From positions 175,716 to 239,715 of the forward strand of contig CBFHTT010000031.1 of assembly GCA_965658675.1 (NCBI GenBank): 64,000 nt of DNA. The letters are read 5' to 3'. Made by a program: the position numbers and the translations under genes. This DNA is from Limisphaerales bacterium (GTDB lineage Bacteria; Verrucomicrobiota; Verrucomicrobiia; Limisphaerales; CAZKNW01). The notes beneath the pieces were generated by a model. That model made no database searches, was not told where the DNA came from, and saw only the letters and a list, made by a program, of their open reading frames with translations. Positions 54,948 through 63,368 of this stretch are shown here, piece by piece (the stretch's first letter is position 1; the number at the start of each line of letters is the position of its first letter).

Positions 54948-55481
54948 TCATTCTTCAGCCGCGAGGACTTGCCGGGTACAAGCGATGAGGGTCAATCGGA
55001 TTCGGTGGAGTGATTTGTAGAGAGCCATGGCTGTTTTTCCCATCTCGGCCGCCATCTGATCGATCTGCACCCCGGGTGCATAAGCAGCCTGCATCAGCTG
55101 CCGTCTCTCCTGAGGGAGTTTCTTGACGCAACTTTCGAGAGCCATGCGTTCCTCCTCGAAGTGCTTTGATTGTTCGTAGACCGTTTCTGACAGAAGTTGG
55201 TAAATGTCCTCGCTGAACTGCAGCCGGTCGCGCGCTCGGTCCCGGCGAAACGTCAGCACCTCCATCCGCGCCTCACCAAATGCCCATCGGCAAAAACCTT
55301 CGCTGTCCAGAGTGGGATCGAATTTCCGCCAAAGCACCACCGCCACATCCTGCATCACGTCGTTCTCGTCTTCACCAGAGAACAAAAGGGAGCGAACATA
55401 GACCCGCAACGACGGCTCATGCTCCATAAAGAGCCTGAGAAATAGGTCGTGCAGTTTGTGATCAGGTTCGAACATTCCCAC
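54948..55481 (-). CDS. ECF sigma-70 factor (Rhodopirellula/Verrucomicrobium-type group)
   Basis: N-terminus LFLRLFMEHEPSLRVYVRSLLF..ENDVMQDVAVVLWRKF (region 2). Region 4 HTH IDQMAAEMGKTAMALYKSLHRIRLTL. Confidence 0.85.
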   Translation of the reverse strand: MGMFEPDHKLHDLFLRLFMEHEPSLRVYVRSLLFSGEDENDVMQDVAVVLWRKFDPTLDSEGFCRWAFGEARMEVLTFRRDRARDRLQFSEDIYQLLSETVYEQSKHFEEERMALESCVKKLPQERRQLMQAAYAPGVQIDQMAAEMGKTAMALYKSLHRIRLTLIACTRQVLAAEE

Positions 55482-55793
55482 AGTTAGTCCATCAACTGAC
55501 AGATTTGCCGATTTTTTTCAAGAAAGTGTCCTCGAACTCCTCGCCACTAAATGCCAACTCACCAATTTGACCGAATCACATTGGCAAAGCGTGGCATCAA
55601 TCCGCATCCTTTTACATCGCAGTCCCGTCCACTCCAAAGGAATTGAAGGAACGCCAGATGGACCTTCCTTACCTCCTCGAATCCTCCTAATTGACTGAGA
55701 TAGTTTCTTTTGAGGTCTTCAGGCTTTTCAGTCCGTCTACGTTTTCGCTCGGCATTCTTACGTTGCTTATCAATGAATCCCTTCTCGAAACAG

Positions 55794-56909
55794 CTATCGC
55801 GCGATTGGAAACAGAATGCAGATCGGAGATGGCACCTGAGTGATGACGCCGCGTTGATAGGTCAGTTTCCCCGTCTTGGGATCGATTCGATGCGCGGCGA
55901 CGGTTCCTGAATCAGCGCCTGCTGCAAGAAGCCAGTTAGCCGTCGGGTCGAGATTGATGTTCCGCGGAAAGGCTCCCCTGATCGGCTGCACCTGAACCAC
56001 CTCCAGTTTACCGGTCGTACGATCCGCCTGATAGACCGTCACCGAATCATGCCCACGGTTCGAGGAATAAACAAACTTACCGCTGGGATGCACGAGGATC
56101 TCAGCGGCAGAATTGAACGACTCTGCTGCCTTGGCTCCTTCGCTCAATGACGGAGTCGTGCTCAAGCGTTTTGCTGTGCCCGCTTTGGCATCCCAGGCAA
56201 AAGTCGTTACGGAAAGGGACAACTCATTGAGCAGGTAGATGAATTTGCCATCGATCGAAAACCGCATGTGCCGAGGGCCGCCTCCAGGAACTGACTGAGC
56301 GAGACCGTGAGGCGAAATTGAACCCAAGTTTTTAGCAATTCTGTAGATATGGATCTGATCCGTTCCTAAATCTGGAACAAATGCATACTTCGCATCAGGC
56401 GAGAACCCACACCAATGAGGATGTGGCGAGTTCTGCCGGCCAGCAACCACTTTGGAGCCACCCTTATGTTCATGAACCACCGGCTTACCCAGACCACCCT
56501 TACCATCCAGCGGAAAGAACGCGATCGAGCCACCACCATACTGTGCGGTGAGCAAAAACTTACCAGAGGGATGCACCGCAACATGCGCTCCGCCTCCATC
56601 AGGGTTGATCTGCCTTGTGAACTCAACCAACTCACCTTTCGGCTTTATCTCATACCCCACCACTCCCGCTGATTTCCCCCAACGAGCCACCGCATAAAGC
56701 TTCCCTCCCGCAGGATGCTCAGCCAAGAATCCAGGCGAGCCAATCTCGGCAGCAAGACTCACTGGAGTCAGTCTGCCCTTTGCAGCGTCAAAGGTTCCGC
56801 GGTAGATTCCTTTCGCCCCCTTGCCTCCAGTTCCAAAGTAAACCGATTGTGGTTCAGCAAGGGCGGAAGCAGTCAGAGTGAGCAGGACGGCAAAGAGAGT
56901 TGATTTCAT
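55794..56909 (-). CDS. Secreted lactonase, 7-bladed beta-propeller (6-phosphogluconolactonase / 3-carboxymuconate cyclase-like)
   Basis: Signal peptide. Repeated blade motifs HVAVHPSGKFLLTAQYGGGSIAFF, PHPHWCGFSPDAKYAFVPDLGTDQIHIY, GPRHMRFSIDGKFIYLLNELS. Confidence 0.8.
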   Translation of the reverse strand: MKSTLFAVLLTLTASALAEPQSVYFGTGGKGAKGIYRGTFDAAKGRLTPVSLAAEIGSPGFLAEHPAGGKLYAVARWGKSAGVVGYEIKPKGELVEFTRQINPDGGGAHVAVHPSGKFLLTAQYGGGSIAFFPLDGKGGLGKPVVHEHKGGSKVVAGRQNSPHPHWCGFSPDAKYAFVPDLGTDQIHIYRIAKNLGSISPHGLAQSVPGGGPRHMRFSIDGKFIYLLNELSLSVTTFAWDAKAGTAKRLSTTPSLSEGAKAAESFNSAAEILVHPSGKFVYSSNRGHDSVTVYQADRTTGKLEVVQVQPIRGAFPRNINLDPTANWLLAAGADSGTVAAHRIDPKTGKLTYQRGVITQVPSPICILFPIAR

Positions 56910-56972
56910 GGGCCTTGGTATCGGCTTCTAGTCCTCGCAGGTCAAGTGATTCGATCTCAACAGCCCGATCAA

Positions 56973-57695
56973 CTACTCCTGATTCGCTGTTGTATACCTT
57001 GGTGGTGTAGGCGCTTTCCGCAGTTCCTTGGGCCCTCCAGGAACCCGTCCTGTGGACACATACTCAAACGCACGAACAACACTGAACTTCTCGGCTGGGA
57101 TCCGCACATCCTTTCCTTCTCTGGTCAGGTAGGCATCGCAGTCGTAGGTAGGCGTGTTCAACAAGTCGCGCAGCTCAGTAATGTGAAGTGGATGATCCCC
57201 CCACCCTGACTGATCCGCAATCAGTCCACCAACAGATCCTTCGCCCTCAATAATCGCGGCTATGAACTGAGAATTATAGACTTCTGGAGCCCACTTCTCG
57301 GGATTCTTTGGATCACGAGGAAGCCCTTTATTAAAGGTCATATATATTTTCGTATTCCAAGAAACAGGCGCGTAAGGAATCTCCCAAGGAAGATCCTTCA
57401 GAACAATCCGTTTGGGCGTCGATGAAACGATCTTCAGCAATCCTTTGTGCTCCATCTGCTGCGCGCACCACAACGCCCGTTTATTCTGGGCACCACTGAC
57501 TCCAATGATGAATTTATCGCCGCCGCCCGTCGGATTGACACAGCTACCCTCACCGTACAAATAGCCAAGCAACCTGGCACTAATCCGGATATCCACCGCA
57601 GTTTTTTGTTCTACAACCTTCTTATCCGCCGCCAAAACATTCATGGCCTGAACAGCGAACAACACGACGGCAATCATTCTATAAACTTTTCTCAT
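56973..57695 (-). CDS. Hypothetical protein with Sec-type signal peptide and two LAGLIDADG-like motifs
   Basis: Start at MRKVYRMIAVVLFAVQAMNVLAADKK. Motifs LLGYLYGEGS (nt 57543-57572) and FIAAIIEGEGS (nt 57234-57266) lie 103 residues apart. The ORF-track extension to 57815 overlaps the upstream gene. Confidence 0.5.
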   Translation of the reverse strand: MRKVYRMIAVVLFAVQAMNVLAADKKVVEQKTAVDIRISARLLGYLYGEGSCVNPTGGGDKFIIGVSGAQNKRALWCAQQMEHKGLLKIVSSTPKRIVLKDLPWEIPYAPVSWNTKIYMTFNKGLPRDPKNPEKWAPEVYNSQFIAAIIEGEGSVGGLIADQSGWGDHPLHITELRDLLNTPTYDCDAYLTREGKDVRIPAEKFSVVRAFEYVSTGRVPGGPKELRKAPTPPRYTTANQE

Positions 57696-57748
57696 ACTTT
57701 TATCCCATGAACTTAAAACGTATTGAACTCTCGAAAGAACAAGATCAT

Positions 57749-59626
57749 TCAACGAAATTCCAGATGCCCAAATAAAAGAGGAACATAGTTTCCATACCAA
57801 AACGTCGGAGCCCACTGGTAGGAATTTTTCTCTTCACGAGGACGGTGCCGAGCTAACTGTAGGCCCCAAGTTGCCTGTTTCTCCGGCTTCGTTCCAATGT
57901 CTTTCAGAGGAATGGCCATTTCCACACTCCAACCACGATCATCCACTGACGTTGCCACCTTAGCTCCGCTGTTCCATTGTGGGTCGCGTTGCTTGCCGTC
58001 GTAGAGCACGCCTTTGGAATTCACAGCGAAATGACGAAAGGTTTTCTGATCTCGATTGGCGTCGATCAGAATCTCTACAGAATCATCCTGCCAGACCTCG
58101 CCGTCCCTAGATTTCACGTCGGCTTTCATGAGTTGGAGACGTGGTTCATCGCACCGCATGCCGACATAGAAATTTTCACTATCGTGCCACAACCAAGTCT
58201 TGGTGGTCACGAGGGCGTATCCATCCGCCTTCATGGGAACCAATCGGGAAATGGTCGCTTCGTTCTGCCAGAGTTTCTCATTCAGAATACCATCGATGGT
58301 CGGCTGTTCATTGGTCTCCGAAACCTGAGTCTTCGTCGGGTGCTTCTTGGCATGCTCCATCATATCCAGTGGCAAGTAGAGACTCCGATCCAAATGAAAC
58401 CGATCCTGATCGGAATGGAAGTGGGCATTCAAACGCGGCAACGGCAGATACGTAGAAACATCCCCTTCATGGCTCAAGGTGAACTGGATCTGTCTTTGTT
58501 CTCCAGGTTCCAAATCGATTTGAACACGGCGCGGACTGACCTTCCAATTGTCCGTAGCCGGCAGGAGCCAAGAAAGCCGCCCTGACAATGTCCCTTTGAA
58601 CAAGTTTTCCACAGGCAGCGTTACGACCTGATTTTCGAAGGGATAGGTTTGTCTAAAATCCTCTGAGAACCTCAATCCTCGCCAAAATTTTTGATGCGCC
58701 TCAGTGGTGATATCGTCTTCCAACATTCCATCCAGGGTCAGATTCATCATCCTCGGTCCCTGATCGGTCATCGTGATCCAAGTGGCATGATCGAACTCAC
58801 CAAAAGTGCCCCCTCGCAAGGCACTCCCTCCGCCAGTCGTCCCCAGCGTATAATAGTTCACCTTGTTCCGTTCATACTTTGCATAGCGATGCACGTGTCC
58901 GGCGTAGACCGTATGCTCCCTGCCCGCCAAAGCAGCTTCCACTTCCGGCCAGCCAGTCTTGGTTTTCCGAATCACCGCCTTGCCGCCTACATTGCGCTTT
59001 ATCCCTTCCTCCGACAACCAGAGCGGCTGGTGAATAAAGACCATTGTCCAGCGGACATCCGAGTGTTTTCCAAGTTCCTCCTTCACCCACTCAATCTGCT
59101 CGTTTCCAAGGAACGGCTTGGTCCCTTCCCCATCCTGAGTATTCAGGCACAGGAAAAGCACACCCTTGTATACGAACGAGTAGTATCGGACACCAAACTG
59201 TTCATCCCATATCCGATCCATCACCTCGTTACTTACATCATGATTTCCTGGAAGATAGAAAAAGGGCATCTCGAAACCTTCAATGAAACCATTGAATTCA
59301 TTCCACTGGCGCTGAATCTCCTTTTCATTCCTCTGACGTCCACCACCTGGGATCAGATCGCCCACCGTTATCACAAACTCGGGTTGAATCTCATTCACCT
59401 TCTTCACTGCTCGCGGAAACACTCCAGGGCGCAATCCTCCGGTTCGATCTGTAACGATCGCGAACTGAAAATCATCCGGATTGTTCCGAAACGCTCGTTG
59501 GGTCCATGGCTTTTTGGAGGTATCAACGCTGTGGGAAAAATTCTTATCACCTTCCGGGCCGGACTGCGAATGAAGCGACGATGTCAGACAGCAGAACATC
59601 AGAGAGAGGAGAATGTATGATTTCAT
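57749..59626 (-). CDS. Secreted calcineurin-like metallophosphoesterase fused to a CBM9/DOMON-like C-terminal domain
   Basis: Motifs FAIVTDRTGG, TVGDLIPGG, YLPGNHD, FIHQPLW, AGHVHRY. The C-terminus (QPTIDGILNEKLW...WQDDSVEILID...WSVEMAIPL) resembles carbohydrate-binding family 9-like domains. Confidence 0.8.
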   Translation of the reverse strand: MKSYILLSLMFCCLTSSLHSQSGPEGDKNFSHSVDTSKKPWTQRAFRNNPDDFQFAIVTDRTGGLRPGVFPRAVKKVNEIQPEFVITVGDLIPGGGRQRNEKEIQRQWNEFNGFIEGFEMPFFYLPGNHDVSNEVMDRIWDEQFGVRYYSFVYKGVLFLCLNTQDGEGTKPFLGNEQIEWVKEELGKHSDVRWTMVFIHQPLWLSEEGIKRNVGGKAVIRKTKTGWPEVEAALAGREHTVYAGHVHRYAKYERNKVNYYTLGTTGGGSALRGGTFGEFDHATWITMTDQGPRMMNLTLDGMLEDDITTEAHQKFWRGLRFSEDFRQTYPFENQVVTLPVENLFKGTLSGRLSWLLPATDNWKVSPRRVQIDLEPGEQRQIQFTLSHEGDVSTYLPLPRLNAHFHSDQDRFHLDRSLYLPLDMMEHAKKHPTKTQVSETNEQPTIDGILNEKLWQNEATISRLVPMKADGYALVTTKTWLWHDSENFYVGMRCDEPRLQLMKADVKSRDGEVWQDDSVEILIDANRDQKTFRHFAVNSKGVLYDGKQRDPQWNSGAKVATSVDDRGWSVEMAIPLKDIGTKPEKQATWGLQLARHRPREEKNSYQWAPTFWYGNYVPLLFGHLEFR

Positions 59627-59745
59627 AGACGGATCGGATGGATTCTATCGACTTCTGATCGCACCACAAAGAAGCCTGCTCGCATGACTTCCGGAACTAC
59701 CGGTGATTCTTGTATTATCGACGTTCCCATCTACTGTGACGGGTA

Positions 59746-61356
59746 ATGCAAGTTGCAACCAACGTAAACGGTTTCAAACAATTGGGCATCAAACAATTTA
59801 CCGCAAAAGGACTGATTCTTGTGGGGTTACTATGGGGACTGATTACCCATGGCCAAGATCAGATAACAGAGCTTCCAAAAGGTTACCGAGAAGTAGGGTC
59901 TGACAAGCAGGAATCGTTGCGCCAATTGTGTCAATCAACGGCCGATACAGGACGATTTTCCGGAGCGGTCCTTGTGGCAGACAAAGGCAAGGTCATCTAC
60001 AAGGAAGCCTTCGGTATGGCGAACCGGGAATGGAAGGTTCCAAACACGACCGATACCAAGTTCCGACTGGCTTCCGTCAGTAAGCAATTCTGCACAATGA
60101 TCGTGATGCAACTGGTCATGGAGGGCCGACTATCACTCGATGACACAATCACTGATCACCTGCCCTTCTATAGGACTGATACAGGGGACAAGATCACGAT
60201 CCATCACCTCATGGCACACCAGTCGGGCATTCGGGATTTCACTGCCAGCTTCGACTATCGGGGTTCGATCTCCAGACTGCCTTCAAGCCAGGATGAATTC
60301 ATCAAGGCGTATTGCAGTAGTGATCTGGTCAACGATCCCGGCACCATATACTCCTACTGCAATGCTGGTTATATCATCTTGGGACGAATCATTGAAAAAG
60401 TGACCCGAAAGACATTCGAACAGAATCTAAAAGAGCGCATCTTCACTCCTTTGGGAATGAAGAACAGCGGATACGACCGAAACCGCTACGTTCTTGAAAA
60501 ACGCGCCAATGGATACACCCGAGGGCCATTCGGATATGACAACGCAGAGTACATGGATATGGATTCATCACCCGGCGCAGCCGGTGCCCTCTACTCCACC
60601 GTCGAAGACATGTTCTTGTGGGACCGAGCCCTCTACACAGACAGGCTCCTGGACCAGAAACATAGAGACCTCATGTTCACCCCCAACCGCGATGTTCCCG
60701 AAGTAAAGGCAGCAGGTGGACGCCCTCAGAGTCGCTACGGTTACGGCTGGCAAATCTATAACCGGACTCATCCGGTCACCAAGCGCCGCACCAAGATCAT
60801 CAATCACGGCGGCGCCATCAACGGATTCCGTGCCATGGAACACCGATTGGTCGATGAGGACGCCTTCATCATAATCCTTTGCAACCAAGGAGATGCTTTC
60901 GGCAAAAGCGATGTTTGGCGAACCATCGTCAACCTGAGCAATGAGTTGATTCACGTGGTGACCGATCAGCCGTTTAGAATGCCAGCCAAGAACAGTATCA
61001 CTCAAGAGCAGCGCATGTATGAGATGGTCAAAACCAAGGGAGTGAAAGCTGCCATCGAATGGTTCAGGACCAAGGGCAAGAAAGCCGCATGGGGCGGCGC
61101 AAATCAGGCACTGGCAGAGCAGCTGATCAAGGAGGGCCTAGTGGGCGACGGAATCCGACTCATGGAACTGGATGTCGAACAAGCCCCCGGAAAAGTCTGG
61201 TTGCTTAGAAAGACAGCCCTGGCGTGCCTGAACAACGGCCGTCCTGAGAAGGCATTATCCTTGGCAGCCAAAGGACTCGAGCTACGTCCTGACGATGAAC
61301 GTTTCAAGGCGATCAAGCAGGAAGCAGAACAGGATTTGGAAAACAAGGTTCCTTAG
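59746..61356 (+). CDS. Serine hydrolase, beta-lactamase/PBP-like family, with helical (TPR-like) C-terminal extension
   Basis: S-x-x-K in LASVSKQFCT. YSYCNAGY (Y-x-N region). The C-terminal roughly 130 aa are helical-repeat-like. The start codon is uncertain. Confidence 0.8.
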   Translation: MQVATNVNGFKQLGIKQFTAKGLILVGLLWGLITHGQDQITELPKGYREVGSDKQESLRQLCQSTADTGRFSGAVLVADKGKVIYKEAFGMANREWKVPNTTDTKFRLASVSKQFCTMIVMQLVMEGRLSLDDTITDHLPFYRTDTGDKITIHHLMAHQSGIRDFTASFDYRGSISRLPSSQDEFIKAYCSSDLVNDPGTIYSYCNAGYIILGRIIEKVTRKTFEQNLKERIFTPLGMKNSGYDRNRYVLEKRANGYTRGPFGYDNAEYMDMDSSPGAAGALYSTVEDMFLWDRALYTDRLLDQKHRDLMFTPNRDVPEVKAAGGRPQSRYGYGWQIYNRTHPVTKRRTKIINHGGAINGFRAMEHRLVDEDAFIIILCNQGDAFGKSDVWRTIVNLSNELIHVVTDQPFRMPAKNSITQEQRMYEMVKTKGVKAAIEWFRTKGKKAAWGGANQALAEQLIKEGLVGDGIRLMELDVEQAPGKVWLLRKTALACLNNGRPEKALSLAAKGLELRPDDERFKAIKQEAEQDLENKVP

Positions 61357-61417
61357 CAGTCCGTGAGATTTATTCCCCAAAAGGGGACCCGACACAGGCG
61401 ATGCCTCGCCCTCTTAC

Positions 61418-63253
61418 TCATTTCCTTCGAGTAGAAATTGATTCCGCGTATTCCAGTTCCCCTGTGTTTCCGTTGTAATACTGGAACACCACCTGAGGAT
61501 GAGGATATGCCACCCAACGCTCGTCACCAAGCTTCTGCGGCATGTTGAAGACATTGTTGATCTTCACAACAGCGTAGTATGGATATAGACGCTCCATGCG
61601 CTCCAAGTCAGGCAGAATATAGCTACTCCAGCGGATGTCGCACTCACGTGGTCCGAACTTGAACTTACCCGTTGCTGGACGATCCATTTCGTCATTCTTC
61701 GGCACGTGGTTGACGCTATTGTGAGGACCACAGCAGAACTCCCAGATCTGATCCGTGATCTTGATCGCGAAGCTGTTATGGAGATCACCCGTCATGACAA
61801 AGACCGGTTTCCCATTTTTTTTCCAAGCATCAATCAAGATTTCTCGCTCATCGAAAAACGCAGTCCACGCTTCTTCCTTGTTTGCCGCAGCCTCGAAGCC
61901 ACCGGCTCCACTGTGAGGAATCATGAAGGGAACAGAAGAGATAACGAATGAGAAGTCGGACTTGCTGGACCTCATGGAATCCAACAGCCATTCACGCTGG
62001 GCTGATCCAAGCATGGAGAGACCTTTCTTGCCACGGTCAGACGTATCATGCATGTCCCGCGCCCCACGAGTATCGAGAAGGTAAAAGTCACAGTTGCTCA
62101 CCGTGAATTTTCCGTAGCTACGGCGCCCGATGGAATAGGTGACGGTGTCAGTAGCCTTGGCAGGCATATGAAGGCGTAGCGTATGCTCATCGATGACTTC
62201 CTTGATATTGTAGACATAGGAATTGGGGTGACCTTCGCTCAAGACATCGTATTTCAGGTCATTCACTCCCGCAGTGGTTGTGCCCCAGTGCACGTGGAGA
62301 TTGAGCATCTCATTGAGGGGCATTTTCTTGAAATTGGCGGTTTTATCGACCAACAGATCGCTCCCCTCATTCATTTGCGCACGGGAGACATGTACGGAGT
62401 GAGAGAATTCCGTCGGATTGGCCCAACCGAGATAATCATAGAAAGCATGAGTGCCGATGTCCCGAAATACAGCACGTCGATTACGACGTCCCGCGGTGGC
62501 TGCTCCCCAAATGTCATTGACCAGCTCGTGGTCATCGAAGGTAAAGAAACTCGGTACGTTGCGGTGCCACTGCGAGAGCGAAATTCCCCGACTGAGATAG
62601 AGTTTATAGTTTTCCCAAACCCCAACCATCGTCGGCATGAGTTCGACATTCGATGGCACCTCATCAATGCCTGCACGGAGGCGCCAAGCTTCCACAGGAT
62701 GCTCGCGAAGTTCTTCGTAGAGCCAATCACCATTCATGATGTGAAAGTGGGTCTTGTCCGCCCAGGATTGATTCAGGTTTTCATACGTCCGGGCTCGGTG
62801 ACCATTGCCATGAATTGGGTTCTGGTTGGCACATGATCCGATTTGGAACCGAAAATTGAACAAGCCCTCAGGGTTGTACTCCGCGTTTTTGACATCTTCG
62901 GCATCGGGCAGCGTGAGAAAGGATCCAGGAATTCCGTGAGGTCGGTCGTTGATGTAGACTTGATAGAAGTAACGTTGATCTCCCTTCAAATCGACAAGTG
63001 TGGCTGTTCCTGTGTTGTCATCCTCAATGCGGGTGATCCCTGCTGGCGATACCTGATCGAGGTTCGACTCGGTGACTCCGTATCGGACGTGGAATTCAGT
63101 GGGATCGGAAGTCCTGGCCCAAACCGTCATGGTGTGGGCTGTGGGTTTCCCCAGCATGGGACCATGGGTAAGCCGGGTTGGATCGCGTTCCGCGTGCAAA
63201 ACGCTCAGCGAGAATCCCGTAAAAAGGAATAGATAGGTTAAGAACTTGTTCAT
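61418..63253 (-). CDS. PhoD-like alkaline phosphatase/phosphodiesterase (metallophosphatase)
   Basis: Signal peptide. PhoD_N-like start THGPMLGKPTAHTMTVWART. Motifs IGSCANQ, MNGDWLYEE, TFDDHELVND, TGDLHNSFA. Confidence 0.8.
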   Translation of the reverse strand: MNKFLTYLFLFTGFSLSVLHAERDPTRLTHGPMLGKPTAHTMTVWARTSDPTEFHVRYGVTESNLDQVSPAGITRIEDDNTGTATLVDLKGDQRYFYQVYINDRPHGIPGSFLTLPDAEDVKNAEYNPEGLFNFRFQIGSCANQNPIHGNGHRARTYENLNQSWADKTHFHIMNGDWLYEELREHPVEAWRLRAGIDEVPSNVELMPTMVGVWENYKLYLSRGISLSQWHRNVPSFFTFDDHELVNDIWGAATAGRRNRRAVFRDIGTHAFYDYLGWANPTEFSHSVHVSRAQMNEGSDLLVDKTANFKKMPLNEMLNLHVHWGTTTAGVNDLKYDVLSEGHPNSYVYNIKEVIDEHTLRLHMPAKATDTVTYSIGRRSYGKFTVSNCDFYLLDTRGARDMHDTSDRGKKGLSMLGSAQREWLLDSMRSSKSDFSFVISSVPFMIPHSGAGGFEAAANKEEAWTAFFDEREILIDAWKKNGKPVFVMTGDLHNSFAIKITDQIWEFCCGPHNSVNHVPKNDEMDRPATGKFKFGPRECDIRWSSYILPDLERMERLYPYYAVVKINNVFNMPQKLGDERWVAYPHPQVVFQYYNGNTGELEYAESISTRRK

Positions 63254-63368
63254 GGTTCAACTTTTACTTTTTTGACGCTCCGCAACGAGAATATTTCTTC
63301 CGAACTGAAACCAAGTGGATACTGAGACGAGTATGCAAAGAGCCGAAGGTCACGAGTCGTGCATCTAT

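Noticed and set aside
55482-55793. An ECF-type promoter (GGAAC-like -35, CGTC-like -10) or small RNA in the 312-nt region upstream of the sigma gene.
   Set aside because: Reading the minus strand, I found no convincing -35/-10 pair with correct spacing and only weak hairpins. The call cannot be supported without knowing the ECF group consensus or having transcript data.
58691-59620. A 309-aa plus-strand ORF antisense to the metallophosphoesterase gene. Similar long antisense ORFs occur at 35695-36357, 39082-39708, 42140-42733, 12799-13410 and 62183-62836.
   Set aside because: In each case the opposite strand encodes a protein with several ordered family motifs. The antisense translations are low-complexity or Arg/His/Pro-rich with no signatures.
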